A stretch of 64,000 nucleotides of DNA from Takakia lepidozioides (lineage: Eukaryota; Plantae; Bryophyta). The position numbers and the translations under genes were made by a program. This document shows positions 19,681-33,224 of the stretch, one piece after another. Location of the stretch: positions 44,888,001 to 44,952,000 of the forward strand of contig CM060731.1 in assembly GCA_030704615.1 (NCBI GenBank), read 5' to 3'. Below the pieces are notes generated by a model. The model worked only from the letters and a program-made list of their open reading frames with translations, was not told where the DNA came from and ran no database searches. Position 1 is the first letter of the stretch, and each line of letters begins with the position of its first letter.

Positions 19681-22600
19681 TTAGTCATGTGATTGTCGCC
19701 GACGAGCAAAGCCGGGCTGGGAACACCCACGAGGAGAGGCATGTCAAGATACAAATGGTTATCACTGGAAACACTCAGATAGATGAGTCATTATACCAAA
19801 GCAATTTGCTTGGAGCTGTGAAGAACACAGTTAATACTTCCGTAATGTCTGTGTTGAGTATCCGAGTCTAAGCCTCAAGTTGCCTTGGACGGCTTTTATT
19901 GTTGAAAAGAACTATGATACAACTCATTTCGAGTGCCCAAAGGTGTGTGTCTTGAGCTACTGGACCACCAAAATTGGGATTTCATGAGCGGCTCCATTCA
20001 AACGACAATGAAGCGCTTGCGAGGTTGCACCAGAGCATAGTCAAAGCAATCCATAACTCGTCGAAAATGCGGGGCTCCAGAGGAGAAGAGAAGCAAGCTT
20101 ACTTGTAAGAGCATGGAAGGGGTGGAGGTGGCTCCTGCAGTGCTGCCTCGTCTCAGAGTGCGCATACGCGGGGGAGGGGCAGCTGAAGGACTACTCAAGT
20201 TTGTAATGTCCCAGAAAGTGCGTTTACGGCCGCTACCGGTTGGGCAGCTATCCACAGGTCCAGTTGGTGGGTTGCCCAGCTTGGCTGGTGAACAAAACCT
20301 TGGAAGAGGGGGGCTCCGCATAGAATGTCGAGGCAATGCTTGAGAATTTAGGCTTCGGGTCACCCGAGCAGAGCTACGAAGACGTGCCTCAGACAAGGGG
20401 ACGACTGGCCGAGCACCGGCCAGCGGCAGGTCTGGCGGGAGAGACGCTTTCTTTCTAGTGACCTTGGGGGTAACATAGCGGCGTGGTTGCTCACAGGTTG
20501 CTGTCACAGTAGATCTGCCAGCCGTCATCACTCGCTCGGATGCTGCTGCTCTTGCAGGAGTCCCACCCAACACAGTGTAAACTCCTCTGGAACTCGTTTC
20601 CTCCTTCCTTTCAACACGCTTGGATGGGGTAGAAATGGGCTTCATAGATAAGGGAGACCTCACTTCATCTCCCATGGTTCTCTGGCCAAGCTTACGAATG
20701 AGGTCGTCCTTGTATTTTAGCTCCAGACTGTGCTCTGTGTGAAGCGTTGCGATGGAGGCGTTTAATTTCTCCTCACGTCTATCTGCCTCTCGTTTGGCCC
20801 GCTCGGCTTCCATCTCCAAAAGCTGGATGGTCCGCTGCAGGTCCCGTATTGTCCTTTCTGCAGTGACCCTCTCTGGAAACTCCCTCTCACTGAGTGAACT
20901 GTGGAGCTCACCGGGTGTCTTTCCCTGCAAAAAACTGGACAAATAAGGCACCGATCTATTCTTGCTGGTATGAACTCGCTGGAGCTAGAGAATGCAGCAC
21001 CTCAGTTCATCAAGTGATAAAACTCTGAAAGATATAAGCAAGAGAAGGAGGTAGCTAGGCCATTCGCATGTGAGGAAATAAAGAGTGGAAAGAGAGAAAC
21101 AGAGGCCGAGACGAACACCACAAATAATCGGACGACATCGAAAGAGGTTTTCTTGGTAGCTCTCTAGAAGAATTTTGTCACAAGTATCCAGCATATGGAA
21201 GTGTACCTGCGAGGAAGGTCCTTGCGCAGAAGGCACCAAAGACACTGTGAATGGGGGTGAAGTCAATGGATGGCTTACAGCCGCAGATTGCAACTGTTCG
21301 CTCACTACCTGTGGACTCACAGCTGAGGTTCCAGACGTGCTAGAGGGGCTGCCTCCATGCTGGGCTGTGACAAATTTGTGTTGCAAGCGCGCTAACTGAA
21401 GACGCAGCCGCTGATTCTCCTTCTGCATTTGAAGCAACAGCTTGGCCTTTTCCTCTTGAGATTCAGGAACGCTCAACTCTTCATGTGCATCACAGACCTA
21501 ACAGGACAGGTGACACAAACCAGTTCAGAAAGGATCTCCTCCAACCCACAAATTGTTGAGAGAAGGGTGCATCACTGCTTCTTACAATCCAAGCATCATG
21601 TTTCCTGGGTGCCTTTTACTTTAGTGCCCCTCACATGGTTGAGCTTCCAATGCAAAAAACATACCTTTGTCCGAATCTCCTTGGCACGGTCTGCCCAATG
21701 CAAAGTGTTCTGAGTTTCTCCAAAAGAACCATTGCTTGGACTAATGTTGGCTATCATCGCAGTCTGACAGGCTCCCCCGAGTGAATCCTGTGGCCGCACG
21801 AGGACATTGTGAATGCACAGTTATATGACCCCTGTAAAAACTCAGTGCAAGAGCTTAAAAGACAGAGTATGTTAAAGTAGCTACACAAGGCTGCATGTGC
21901 TTTCATGATATTCAAGATTTACTCTGCACTCATATCTTTCTATCTTGTCTATTTTCTCCTTTTCAATAGTTGCGTGAAGGAGCAGGCAATACTACCTTGA
22001 GAAGCTGAGTGAGCTTGGAATTCCTGAAGGGAATGTGTTTTTTGCCTTCACACAGTGCATTAATGCAACTACTCAATGCCAGGAGTGAGCGATTTATGTT
22101 GGCTCCCTCAACTGACCGGAGTGTGCGTTGATCAGTTGCAAGAGCACGCTCCGACCCAGCCAGGTCTATTAGGGAAAGTTTCCCTACCCTCGAAACCATG
22201 CCTGAATCTCGCTGCACTTTGTATTCTGCCACCACCTGCATCATTGCCAAGTTGATTACAGATTCAGTTCATTAAAGTCCCAGTCTCCAAAATATGCTAT
22301 TGAATTTTCGAGACTTCAAGAACACCTACGCAGAACAGTAGGACCTGGGCACACCTGTAAGATGGCATGCGACCGTGATGAAGTCTCGTTTACGCGTGTG
22401 GGCTCTGTTTGCCTGTTGAGGTTGCCCCTTTGTAGAAGTGTCATCACCTGCATGCATTAGATGTATGTAGGATGGTGAATGGAAGAAGCTCAAAATGAAT
22501 AAGATGAACTAGAGAAAAGCTCTAGAAGCTCAGTGCTTTTACAAGAGGACTGTGATAAACTGCACAAAATGTTAAGAATATATACCTCATCTGCTGAATA

Positions 22601-25113
22601 CGCTTGGTATTGTGTGAGTCCTGCGGCTACAATTCCCTTTAAGCACAAACAAAACATGCCAGTATTTGAGAAGGAGGTTAAAGATCAGTGCAGGACAGAT
22701 AACAGCCTCTTCCCATAGGTTCTTATCTCGCCTCGAAACGTTCAACCTCTCAGAAACCAGTGAATAAATTTTCAGCAACATGTGAGTTGATGTGTTGTTC
22801 CATTCCATTTCTTTATGGAATATGCATATCATGCACTGGGCCAGAGTCATCGTCCCCTTGTTATTTACTTCCTTTTATTTTCTGGTACCAACAATTTATC
22901 ACTAAAATGGAAGTTAACTGTTTAAATACCTGCTTGCTGTCTTCCCGCAGCACAAGGGGGCGGCCTGGTGAAAGTAGATCACGCACACTTTCATTATAGA
23001 CCTCCAAGTAAGAGAGCCGAACCACATGGTCTCCCTCACGGCTGCGCTGCTTCATCTTTGCAAACAGATCCTTGAGGGCAAGCACCATGACACCCGGGCT
23101 TTGCACAGTACCCAGCATTGTATGTGTCTTGCCAGCACCTGTCGCCCCATAACAAAACACCGATCCATTCCTGCCTTGCAATACCCCCTCCACCAGCTGT
23201 GCAGTGCTGACCCTCACCCCGGACAACAGCCCTTTTCCTCAGCAGCCTGTATACTCTGTGCTAATAGGGGTTTCCTTCCTAAACATTGCATCAGGGACCC
23301 CCTTAAAATGTCCCATCTTTCCCTCACTCCCCATGTTTGTATCTTCCTTTGGGGATTGTGGTACACGTCTGGTCTTCTTCGATCATTACACTCTTCAATA
23401 CAGTTCGGAGTAAAAGTCAATCTAGTAAACAAAATCTAATCAGCTGTGAGACCTTTGTTATCTCCCTTGGAATTAATAGTTGCATGACTTTTGTATGTGT
23501 CATAAACAGGAAATACTCTTACAGTACACTCTAATCTATTACTCCCATCTTTGTGAATTTATTGTGCTGCCAAATATTTGTGTCCGACTCTACATCTCTA
23601 GTTGTTATTCCCCAAAAAACCTCAAACTGAAAGAATGGTGTATACAGACACATTTAACCATAGGAATCCTGCTGCCCATTTGTATAAAATTGTCCATTCC
23701 CCCTGCCCATCTTACCTATCAGGGACAAGCACACCTTCACAGAAAGAGAAAGCGAAATGTACCAAAAGTATGTGTAAGGACTACCAGCGGTTGAAGATGA
23801 GCGACACGCCAGCAAGCACTTCATTCACTACAAGTTGTGGCATCTGGCCCCCTTTCTTTTGCAGCAAAGAAAGATAAATTAAAACGAGGGACTAAAGAGA
23901 AGGATAGGACCCAATTTGCCCAAACATTGCTGCAGGGAGGCACCTGATACTTATAGGATAAGTCTAGAAAGCAGAGCTGACCTCGTGTTATAGACCTCTT
24001 GTTGGGCAGTGTTGTCTGGGAACGCCGCATCGAAGGCAAAATGCCGCCCCCGCAACCGTTTCAAGCGCAAGTAATCGGTCTCAAGAGCAAATTCTGTTAA
24101 ATAGACATCTCTTTTATTCACGACACGCACACAGCTGCGAGAGCCTGCTTCCTTCTCCTTCTTTGACATGGGTCGTAACCGGACATACACCATGATATGA
24201 GTCCCGGTTGCCCCCTGCTCCTCTCCAACTGTTTCCAATTCTTCCCCCAAGTGCCGCCCCCTTAAACCCATCGATTTGACATCTCTCTGTCCCACGAAAG
24301 TGTTCGGTGCAACCATGGACCTGGCCAAAAATCAACCTCACTGTTACAACTAGAAGATGATACATTCTCCCTTGCGAAACCCCATTATCAGTCAATCTTC
24401 TTCTTCAACAAATCAACACGTAATACGCTGTAAACGAGTCATTAACTTATCTACAAAAAGAAGGAAGTTGAAGCAGACCTGGGTACTGGCAAGGAGCCCG
24501 GGGACAAGCTGGGTTTCGCAGGCCCCACTGTGTGTGCGAGTCTACTGCGAGTGATCGGTGGCTTTGGGTGCCCGCCCACAACGGCAACTTCCTCTTTCTC
24601 GATCTCCTCGGCTTCTTTCACCCAGTTATATGCCCCCAGCACTCGGGAACTGTAAAGGCTCGGTGAGTGGATGACCCTGGGAGTTTCCCCATTCTCCTGC
24701 ATGTCTACATCTCCCATCTCCGCGCCAGACGTCTGGGATCTGAGGGACCTACCCTTCGTCACAGATTGCGGGCGGGGTAATCTCGGATTTTGCAGGCTCA
24801 CACTGGGATGACTTGACTTCGTGGATCTTGGTGCTTCAGTCTGCCTATTTTGTCCCACATTGCTAAATACCTCCCTCGGACTTGCCTGGAAGTGATCCCC
24901 CAGCCCTGTGCCTCCCGGTAACCCTAGCCGGCTGACTCTCTCTTTCAGCATCGCAAGCGAGCGTGTGATGGGGCGTCCATCAGGAATGACCTGCTCTATT
25001 CCTGTACCAAAAAGACTATCTCTCCTGCTCGATTCGACACTAGAGTTCCTCGCTCGAGCCCGATTAGCTCTCGGGCTCGTGCTTACCGACGGCGTGCGGG
25101 CGGGTGCGGGCAT
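19681..25113 (-). CDS. Kinesin-8 family motor protein (KIN8A-like), 10 exons, ~968 aa
   Basis: Exons on the minus strand: 25113-24479, 24320-23982, 23206-22930, 22636-22586, 22447-22355, 22235-21996, 21787-21665, 21497-21207, 20924-20103, 19716-19681 (2907 nt, in frame). P-loop YGATGAGKT, switch I NETSSRSH, switch [28 protein letters not shown]. Kinesin-8 signatures [26 protein letters not shown] and a terminal SMLLQPGFAR. Confidence 0.95.
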
Positions 25114-25377
25114 TTCCTTTGCCAAGATGCTTGACTAAGGTTGTGGACGCATCACACATTCAGAAAATCTCGGAGCAAACCCACGTCAATTATGGTGTAC
25201 GATAACCCCCGTGGCCAATACTTTCCCTTGATCCTTGCTCTTTCCACCTGAAAGGGAGAACTGTCAATGCAAACTGACTGGACACTCAAGCTGTCTCGAT
25301 CGTCAGCAAGACTCCACCAGCACATGAAGACATTGCGCAAAACTACTCCTGCAAACGAAGACAAAACCACAGCCAAA

Positions 25378-25395
25378 CAACAACAACAACAACAA
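25378..25395. repeat. (CAA)6 microsatellite in the kinesin 5' leader region
   Basis: Read directly from the sequence. Confidence 0.85.
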
Positions 25396-26544
25396 GAGTC
25401 CAAGACTCCTGCGATCATCAACGAAGCTCTGGCAAACCAGCGATCCGCACAGTGTCGCAGAGAGAAAGAAGACGACGTTCGCACCGTTCCCCCTGTTCCC
25501 AACTGACGTTCCCTCTTGCTCTGGGAACCTAGACAGCATCCCGCAGCCAGTTAGCGCGCGGGTAAATTTCGAATTTCGGGCCGCCGACCTAACGGCCATA
25601 TTCCAACGGTCACAGTCCTGACGTGGCGGCATTCGAGTAGCTAGATATCTGACAATATTCTCGTCGTAATTGTCCGTTCCCAATTGTGATGACTTTTGCT
25701 CCCCACTCATCGGTCGGGCTCTGTGCAATTTTTCGATGGATAGAATAATTTATTCATTCGTATAGTCTCCTAAGTGGATGGGAATGACAAACGGTTATTC
25801 ATCTGAGATGTGCACAGTTCTTTGTTGGGTTTCATCCGGCAGTTCTCGCCCAACCAAAAGACCACGCCACCCCTGGCAAAACGGAAAGAGACGGTTTAGC
25901 CAACTTGGGGCAATTGGACGGGCCTTTTGGAGGCTTGGTAACTGAGCATGAGGGAATATTCCATATATTTTGGCAATAAGTCAATAATCAATAATATGTA
26001 CCCCAATCGTTCAAAAAACAAGCGGCTAGTTGCGTAATGGCTCCACCCTAAGACTCTAAGTAGAAAATTTCTTTAAAATATTATAATTAAAATAAAATAA
26101 TCACATATTCAAAGAATATTTTAAACATGTTCTGCATAAGAGGAAAATACTTTATATAAAATAGAAAGGCCCTCAAAGAACTTTATTGATGTATCAATTA
26201 TATATTGATGTACCATATTACAACACTGATCTTCAGACTTATTAATTATTAAAAGTATTGAAATGCTTGTTGAAAAACTAACTGGAATACTGAAATACTT
26301 GCTGAAAATCTTGATTGAAATACTGAAATACTGAAATTTTGTTGTACTGAAATATTGTAGCCATTTGAATCTGCTGAAATGCCTCCTTGGTTTAAAGTCT
26401 GTACCCTATATCTGACCAATTACACAGTTTCCTCACATCCCTCCAGGTACAAGAACATTTCTTGTGGACTCCCTCTATTTGGTCCTCTGTCAAATGGATT
26501 CATCATAGAGATTCAAACAACTGTGTGACCCCTTCCTCAGTTAA

Positions 26545-27791
26545 GGATCTACCCTTGGAGGTTTCTTGTAACTACCCATCCACAGTGACTCGGTGGTTCT
26601 CTTGTGCTTGAAATCTGGTCCTTCAAAATGGATCTGCGTCCAGGCTCTTTCACCTGTCTATGCCTCCACAACACAAATGCCTAGAATCTGCCCCTCGTTG
26701 CAAGTAGCTAACGTTACCCATTATCCACACAGCCGACACCATCACCACCTACCAAAAAGTAGCTCCCATTCTGAATTGCTAGTAAGACTAGAAAAATGCG
26801 GGTGAGGGAGAGGGAGATGACAATTTGAGACAAATTTTTCAATGCCTGTTGTATGCTTCTGCTGTAGTAGAACAGAGGCATTCACCTTTTTGCCTAGATT
26901 GTCCCGCCATTGACTGGTCTGACAAATATTCCTTCTTTAGTTATTTTGTCTATAACGAAAATGCCTAGATCCCCCTCAATGCAAGTAGCTAACAATAATA
27001 AAACCTATACAGGGGACACCCCTCCTTAAGTTACCAAATACAGTTCTCATGCTGAATTGGTGCCAAGACAAACGAAAGTGTGTGAGAGGGAGAGAGAGAG
27101 AAGGTCATTGCCAGCAATGGCTCCGGTGTTTTCTTCCAGCACTAATCCCCACTGGATACTAAATGTGTTGTGGGGTTTTAACGACCGTGGCATGGAAAAA
27201 TAGGCCAAAACATTCATATACACATGCACAGTCAACTAAACAATCTGATAATATAATTGGCATCATGTTAGAAAGTGCGGTGTTCACATGAGCACTGCTA
27301 CATCAGCCCTCCACCTTAGATAATTGTTCTGGTTGTGGTTGTCATCCATTTTCCTTCACAAACAAGCTTTGCCCTAGGTGAGCAATACAGATTTGCCACA
27401 TGCCACCTAAAAGGCCTAGTCCCAGCATGATTATCTTCCTTTGAGACCAACCAGGGTCTTGAGCTATCTTCCAAGTTTCTGTACATGTTAAATTTTCATA
27501 CAATCTTATTATGTGGAACTGGAAGGTGGGATTAGAAGGGAAGTAAATGGCTTCACAAAAAGCTTTCGTGATGATGAAATACGAGACGGCCTGAAAGTTC
27601 CATACCAAGGCCACCTTCAACGGAATTGGGTTTTGATCACTACGTGGACATTTCCCTCATCCCAGAAAGCTTGAGGTTGATCCAGCAGTAATATGATTCT
27701 GGTGTAAAATAGCAGGCATTCACCTTATTACCTCGATTAAAGTACCATTGACTTGGGTCTACAAAATATTCATTCCAAAGCTTCTCCACAT
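26545..27791 (-). pseudogene. Remnant of an OSB-type (organellar ssDNA-binding) PDF-motif gene
   Basis: Spliceable exon 27791-27724 encodes DVEKLWNEYFVDPSQWYFNRGNK. A frameshifted duplicate at ~26885-26937 reads KEYLSD/SQWRDNLGKK. Segment 26653-26545 encodes GPDFKHKRTTESLWMGSYKKPPRV. These are the two halves of the OSB PDF motif (W..FF..P.EWWDNR..K...PDFKHK.TGEALW). Confidence 0.7.
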
Positions 27792-28236
27792 CTGTATTCT
27801 GGCATTCTGGATATTGTCGTTTCTAGCTGTGAAGTGTACCTCCCGCCTGCCGAGACAAAGGAGGATGACCAGCCAAGAGTACTAGAAGTCACTTCAAAAG
27901 CCCTGGTGGTTTCCTGAAAGCAAGCGCTAACTCAGTGTAAGAGGACATGAAGAGTCCACATTTACAGGATAGACAAACTTCTCCTTGTCATTCTACACCT
28001 TTGATAAGGTATGAGCATGAAGACACTGCCATCCTCCTATCCCTGCGCGTCTTCTCTGCCATAAACAGAAACCTAAAGCCTTTCAGCGAAGACGCTGCAG
28101 AATCCATTCTGCATCCCCGCACAAAATGTCTTCCCTGCAAAAAAACAACAACCATATAGCTTTCTTTTAATTCTTTCTTTGAGCTCTAAAAGATCAGAAA
28201 GCAAAACAAAAAAAATCAGAATGTCGGGCCCACCGG

Positions 28237-28558
28237 TATATATATATATATATATATACGAATGAAATTAAACCTTGCTCTTATCTTTATAGTTTTTAAT
28301 AATTCCAAATTTTAATATAAAATTACTTTCAAATATCTGCACTTCTCGCAGAATTATTATACACAAATTTTAGACTCAGTTTATTTTTGGATAGCAGTAA
28401 TGTGATAGTGCTGTAATATAAATCTCGTGAATTTTTAAAAGCTAAAAGCATTTCACTTTTATTTTGTTTTTATCCAAAAATTCTTTTGCTTAAAAATGTA
28501 AGTACTTTCTGATCTCTAAGTTTCTGCTTTTTATTTTACGGTATATATATATATATAA
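28237..28558. repeat. Two (TA)n microsatellites bracketing a very AT-rich 280-bp segment
   Basis: CGG(TA)n at ~28235-28258 and ~28540-28558. Confidence 0.7.
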
Positions 28559-29239
28559 GTAAGCCTATCTTGAGTATAAGCCTATGCATATAAGCCTATA
28601 TAAGCATATGAATATTTACATGTGTAAGATTCATTTATGGGTCTTACCTGACTATGCACCCAATGTCGGGTCAACGACAAAGATAGGTACCATAGTCGAA
28701 ACGCCGCCGGGTGTGCGGGTGAGTTCTACGCATGCCACACGTGAGGCTGCGAGGACCGGTCCATCCAATCAAGGTACATTCAAGCTAACATTTTAGTGGG
28801 GGAGGATTATCTGCTTCATGTAGGTATTATCTAGTGGAGGTACATTAGGATCTTACTCATTTTTGGCACCAATGCGTGGTCTCTCTCTTAGAGGGAGGAG
28901 CCAATAAAATGCACCGAAGGTGCCACGATGTTTAAGACTTTGTATGAAGATGGTGGCTAGTTGCATGCGAGGTCACATGCAGTCCATGCGCCAGCCAAGT
29001 TTGGCGAAGGTTCTAGAATAGAGGGAGCAAACAATCTAGAATGGAAGGAGCGCAAGAGCAGGCAAGTAGTAGTGCTTCGATAGTTGGGGCAGGGGAGTTC
29101 GGACAGGTTATCATCCGTAGTGGGAAAGTAGGCCATTGCAAGGAGGAGGAGAGAGGGTTGGAAGTGGGCTAGAGGCTTGGCGATAGTTGAGATAGGGGCA
29201 TAGGCATACAAGATGCGGTACACACATACACAACTTGTT

Positions 29240-29261
29240 GGGGGGGGGGGGGGGGGGGGGG
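29240..29261 (+). repeat. G22 homopolymer
   Basis: Read directly from the sequence. Confidence 0.9.
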
Positions 29262-29594
29262 CGGCCTTGGATGTACTTTGAAGCTGGATAGCTTACATTT
29301 TTTTTCAGGAGTTGTATGCAAACATAAGGGTTGGATATACTTCTATACACGACGTCTATTGAGTCATATGACAACTTACACTTTTATTACATCATATTAT
29401 TTTTATGCGACACTGAATTTTCTGCTTGAAATTAGCTTTGCGATGCACTTCTTTATGTTTCATTCTCACATTGTACGCCTATGGAACAATTTTTTGAGGA
29501 TTGTGAAGTGAATATGAAGCCAAGACAAACATTGTGAAAGTTTTCCAAATCCAACAACCCTATTACTGCGGATTAGGGCTACTATAAACATTGC

Positions 29595-29840
29595 ACCAAC
29601 AGTCAGTAGCTCAGTTGGTATGTGCATTGAGTGCCACCCAGATGATTCGGGGGTCCAATCTTGCTACTTGATGGATGTGGTACGCTCTTCTCCCCCTTCC
29701 TTGCGCAGGTGTCGCATCGAAAAGCCTTCACGACAAGGTTACTGTGAAAGAGGTTATTTTCTCCTCTCACTATGAAGGGGCCTGATTTGTGAGCTGTCAC
29801 TCCTAGGTGTTTCCCTTCAAAAAAAAAAAAAAAAAAAAAA
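29595..29840 (+). mobile_element. tRNA-derived SINE, full length
   Basis: Pol III A-box TAGCTCAGTTGG (29607-29618), degenerate B-box GGTCCAATC (~29652-29660) and A22 tail (29819-29840). TSD AAACATTGC at 29586-29594 and 29838-29846. Confidence 0.85.
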
Positions 29841-30199
29841 CATTGCTCACAACTCTGCTCATTCCATAACAACCTCCCCAGTTTAGAGTTTTAATATCAT
29901 GCGAGTCCCCGGGTGAAGTTTCTCATTTGTGAAACCTTGTGAAAACCTACTTAGGAATTGAATGTATTCGTCATGGGGGTACACTGTTCAAAAAATTAAC
30001 ATATATCGTGCGATCATTATCTAATTACCTTCTAATTAAAAATGTCTGGCAAAGGTAATTCAGGTTACCAGCAAATTCTTTAAAACATCCCTGGCAATTG
30101 GATTCAATCCCTTTCGGCTGGCCCGCATCAAGCTTGCCCTGGCAGTTGGGGTTCCTCATCTGTCTCTCAAGTAATCTACATCGTTGATACTCAGGCAGA

Positions 30200-31293
30200 C
30201 CACTTCATGGGCATTGTTATGGACAAAATAGAACTATCAAAATTCTTTGCCCCTGCTTCAATTGTCCTAGTGTCTATCTCTGGTGGTCAATTCACTCCGG
30301 TTAGAATATGCCAATGGTCATTACCCAACAGAGACATGAACCCTCAAGCTCCCCCAGGTCAACCCCCGGCTACTTGGCTCTCTTCGCAATTGTTCCTTTG
30401 GATTGAAGGGGGCCCTCTAATGGGAGTTGCAGTAGACCTTAAGGAATGGTCATGGAACTTCGGCTCATCCACTCCCTCGTTCTTCAACTATTCTGCCAAA
30501 GCTGATTACCGCTCCATGCTAAAACCAAAGCAATTTAATAAAAAATGGGCTTCGAAATGGGTTGGCCATGGCAGGCTAAATGGAATCTCATTTGGTCTAA
30601 CATCTGAAATAAAGTAAGACATGCGAAGGTATCAGCATTTCTCTGGCAGGTAGCAAACAGGGTGCTGATCAAAGTTGGAGCCTGGTTGGGTTTCTCTAAG
30701 GCTTTGCTATGCAAATGTTGTGGCTTAATAGGTCACTTCATGAGCATTGTCTTTTCCAGTGATGTATTCCATCCAAAACCTGGCCTCTTCTATTACCGGT
30801 CATGCAAATCTGGAAACCTGGGTATCCCTCCTCAACACATAAACTTCTAAACTATGATGTAATTCATCAACGTACATTCTGTCAGTGTCCAGTTTACGAG
30901 TCTTTCAGCTGGTCCAGTGCTCTTTTGGAACATTTGGAAGGTGAGATGTAATTGGACCCTTAATAATGACAAGACTTGTCTCTCAGTGATGCTAGCAACA
31001 GTCTTTCATGAAGTGCAAATTGAGGGGAGCTTCTGGGGGAAATGATTGCAGATATCAGCAGGGATCCAGATGGTGAATTTGGGATCTTCAGCAAATTCCA
31101 ATCTTCCTAGGGGAACAGCGACATCATATGCAGCTGCTCTTCGTCGTCATTCTGCCAGTGGACAAGAAGCCGCCAATCTCCTGGCAAAGAGCAATCACAG
31201 TTCTGCCTTGACTCACCTGAGTTTGAGAAAGAGATTAACTGGAAGCATGTCAATGATAGAAAAGCAACTCGGCTCAGCTTTGACCATTGAAAT
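30200..31293 (-). pseudogene. Degenerate F-box protein gene split by the MULE insertion (5' end at ~34128-34170)
   Basis: Joining across the TSD reads FQWSKLSR/ELLSIIDMLPVNLFLKLR*V, an F-box-like motif (WSxLPxELLxxIxxxLPVxxLxxLRxV). Downstream sequence has many stops and frameshifts, and the 3' limit is approximate. Confidence 0.55.
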
Positions 31294-31681
31294 GAGGGTA
31301 GCTACCGTGTGAGCAGAACCCGTGAGCACGCTCACGCTTTGCGTGGTAAACGTGAGGAGAATCCCTTAATCGTGAGCAGATTAGTGAAGCGCAGCCTACA
31401 ACCGAGGGGAAAAGAGGCCCCTATTGCCGTGGACGCAAACTTCACTGCATGGATGCAATCTCCTCTCCATCGGACCGAAGACAGACAGCCTCCATGACGA
31501 CAATGTGGTACGAATGTGCGATGACAAACTGTCGGATGAATGAATATGTGATGAATGAAAAAAGGGAAGGGATGAACGTTGGATGAGTGTGGGATGAAAA
31601 ATTGGCATGATGAGTGAACCATGGATGCAGACTGCAACAACATCTATCCTTACCGATCAACATGTGCGCAGAGAAACAGAC

Positions 31682-33100
31682 ATTAAGTTGTCGTCAACGC
31701 CAGCTTAATTCACAGCCCCTGTCAGCACATGACAATTCTACCCATGAAAGAAAGAAATAACGCCCCAGGAAAAAACCTTACCGATAAGCATTTATGTGCA
31801 GGGAAGCAGACATTAAGGTGGCGTCAACGCCAGCTTGATTCCGAGCAAGGACACATGACATTTTAACACAAGAAAAAAAGCCTTAGCGGTAAGCATGTGT
31901 GTGCAGGGGTTGGGGATTAAGGTGTTGTCAACGCCATCGTAATTCCCAGCCCCTGTTGGCACATAAGAATTCAACCCAACAGAACAAATTAAAAGAAAAA
32001 CCCAAAAATGCAATTGCAAACAGCCATGTGTTTCCTAGGAAACGGGCATTAATGTGGCACTGTGGGTAGCATACACCTCAGTGTGTTTAACAATGGTAGA
32101 CTGAAGTGGAGACATGAACATAGATTTGAAGTCATTGAATAAAGAGGAGCCATTAAGAAAGATTGAAACTCATTCAAGATAGTGGAGCCATTAACAAATA
32201 TTGATCTATTTCAACAAAGTGGAACCATTGACAAAACTGATGTCATTCAAGAAAGTGGATCTATTAAGAATGATTGGTCTCGTTGAAGAGAGTGGATCAA
32301 ATAAAAAACATTAGTGCATTCATGAAAGTGGAGCCATTACGAAAGCGAAATTGTATGTGTTGTTGAGTTTAAATAAGTGTATTTTAATTTGGCAGAAGCT
32401 TAATTCCAGCCCAGAAGACCAGCCAGATTAAGCTATCATCAACGCCACCTTAATCAAGCACATTTGGAAAAAAACAAATTTTTAAAAAATGGATTTTTTT
32501 AATTTTTTTGGAAAATAGAAGCTTAATTCCAGCCTGGCAGAAGACCAGCCAGATTAAGTTGTCGTCAACGCCACCTTCATCTGGCACATTCGGAAATTAA
32601 TAATAATAATAATAATAATAGTAATAACGTATATATTTTATTTTATTTTATTTTAGGGAAAACTTGCAAATCAACCCAACCCCTGCTTTGCAAGCAAAAG
32701 ACCTGGCGTATACCCAACATGGATTTCTGGTCACCTGAAATAATGACAAGACAACGAATCATTATATAGACAAGTAAACATACAGACATGGTAGGACTTC
32801 AGTAGTTGCTGCTTTTCTGTTTTTTAATATCATTTTGCTTAAAGGGGTGGAGATTAAGTTGGTGTCAACGCCATCTTAATCCAGACCCAGACAGACAGGG
32901 TTCTTGAGTGATTTCTGCTTTTCTGTTTGTCAATTTTCTTGTGCTTAGAGGGGTGGAGATTAAGCTGGCGTCAACGCCATCTTAATCCAAACCCAGACAG
33001 ACAGGTAGACAGAGAGACAGGTACACAACAGACAGTAGGACTTGAGTTATTGTTTCTTTTTTGTTTTTCAATATTAAGCTGGCGTCAACGCCATCTTCAT
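31682..33100. repeat. Array of eight spaced 28-bp imperfect palindromes ATTAAGnTGGCGTCAACGCCAnCTTAAT
   Basis: Copies start at 31682, 31812, 31916, 32427, 32553, 32853, 32959 and 33073. Confidence 0.92.
32104..32340. repeat. Degenerate ~37-bp minisatellite, ~6-7 units
   Basis: Recurrent AAAGTGGAGCCATTAA...ATTGA...CATTCAAG. Confidence 0.8.
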
Positions 33101-33224
33101 CCAGACCCAGACAGATAGCCATTCAGACATACCATTGCAATGACTCTCTGTGATGTGGTCAACCAAATTCACTCAGTGGAGATGGAACACAAGATGCAAC
33201 ATAGGAAGGTCACAGAAAGGGATG

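Noticed and set aside
29607-29665. Functional tRNA gene
   Set aside because: No cloverleaf, degenerate B-box, and followed by a body, poly-A and TSD, so it is a SINE head.
31682-33100. True CRISPR array
   Set aside because: Eukaryotic intron-containing context, no cas genes, irregular 75-480 bp spacers that are partly homologous to each other, and location inside a MULE.
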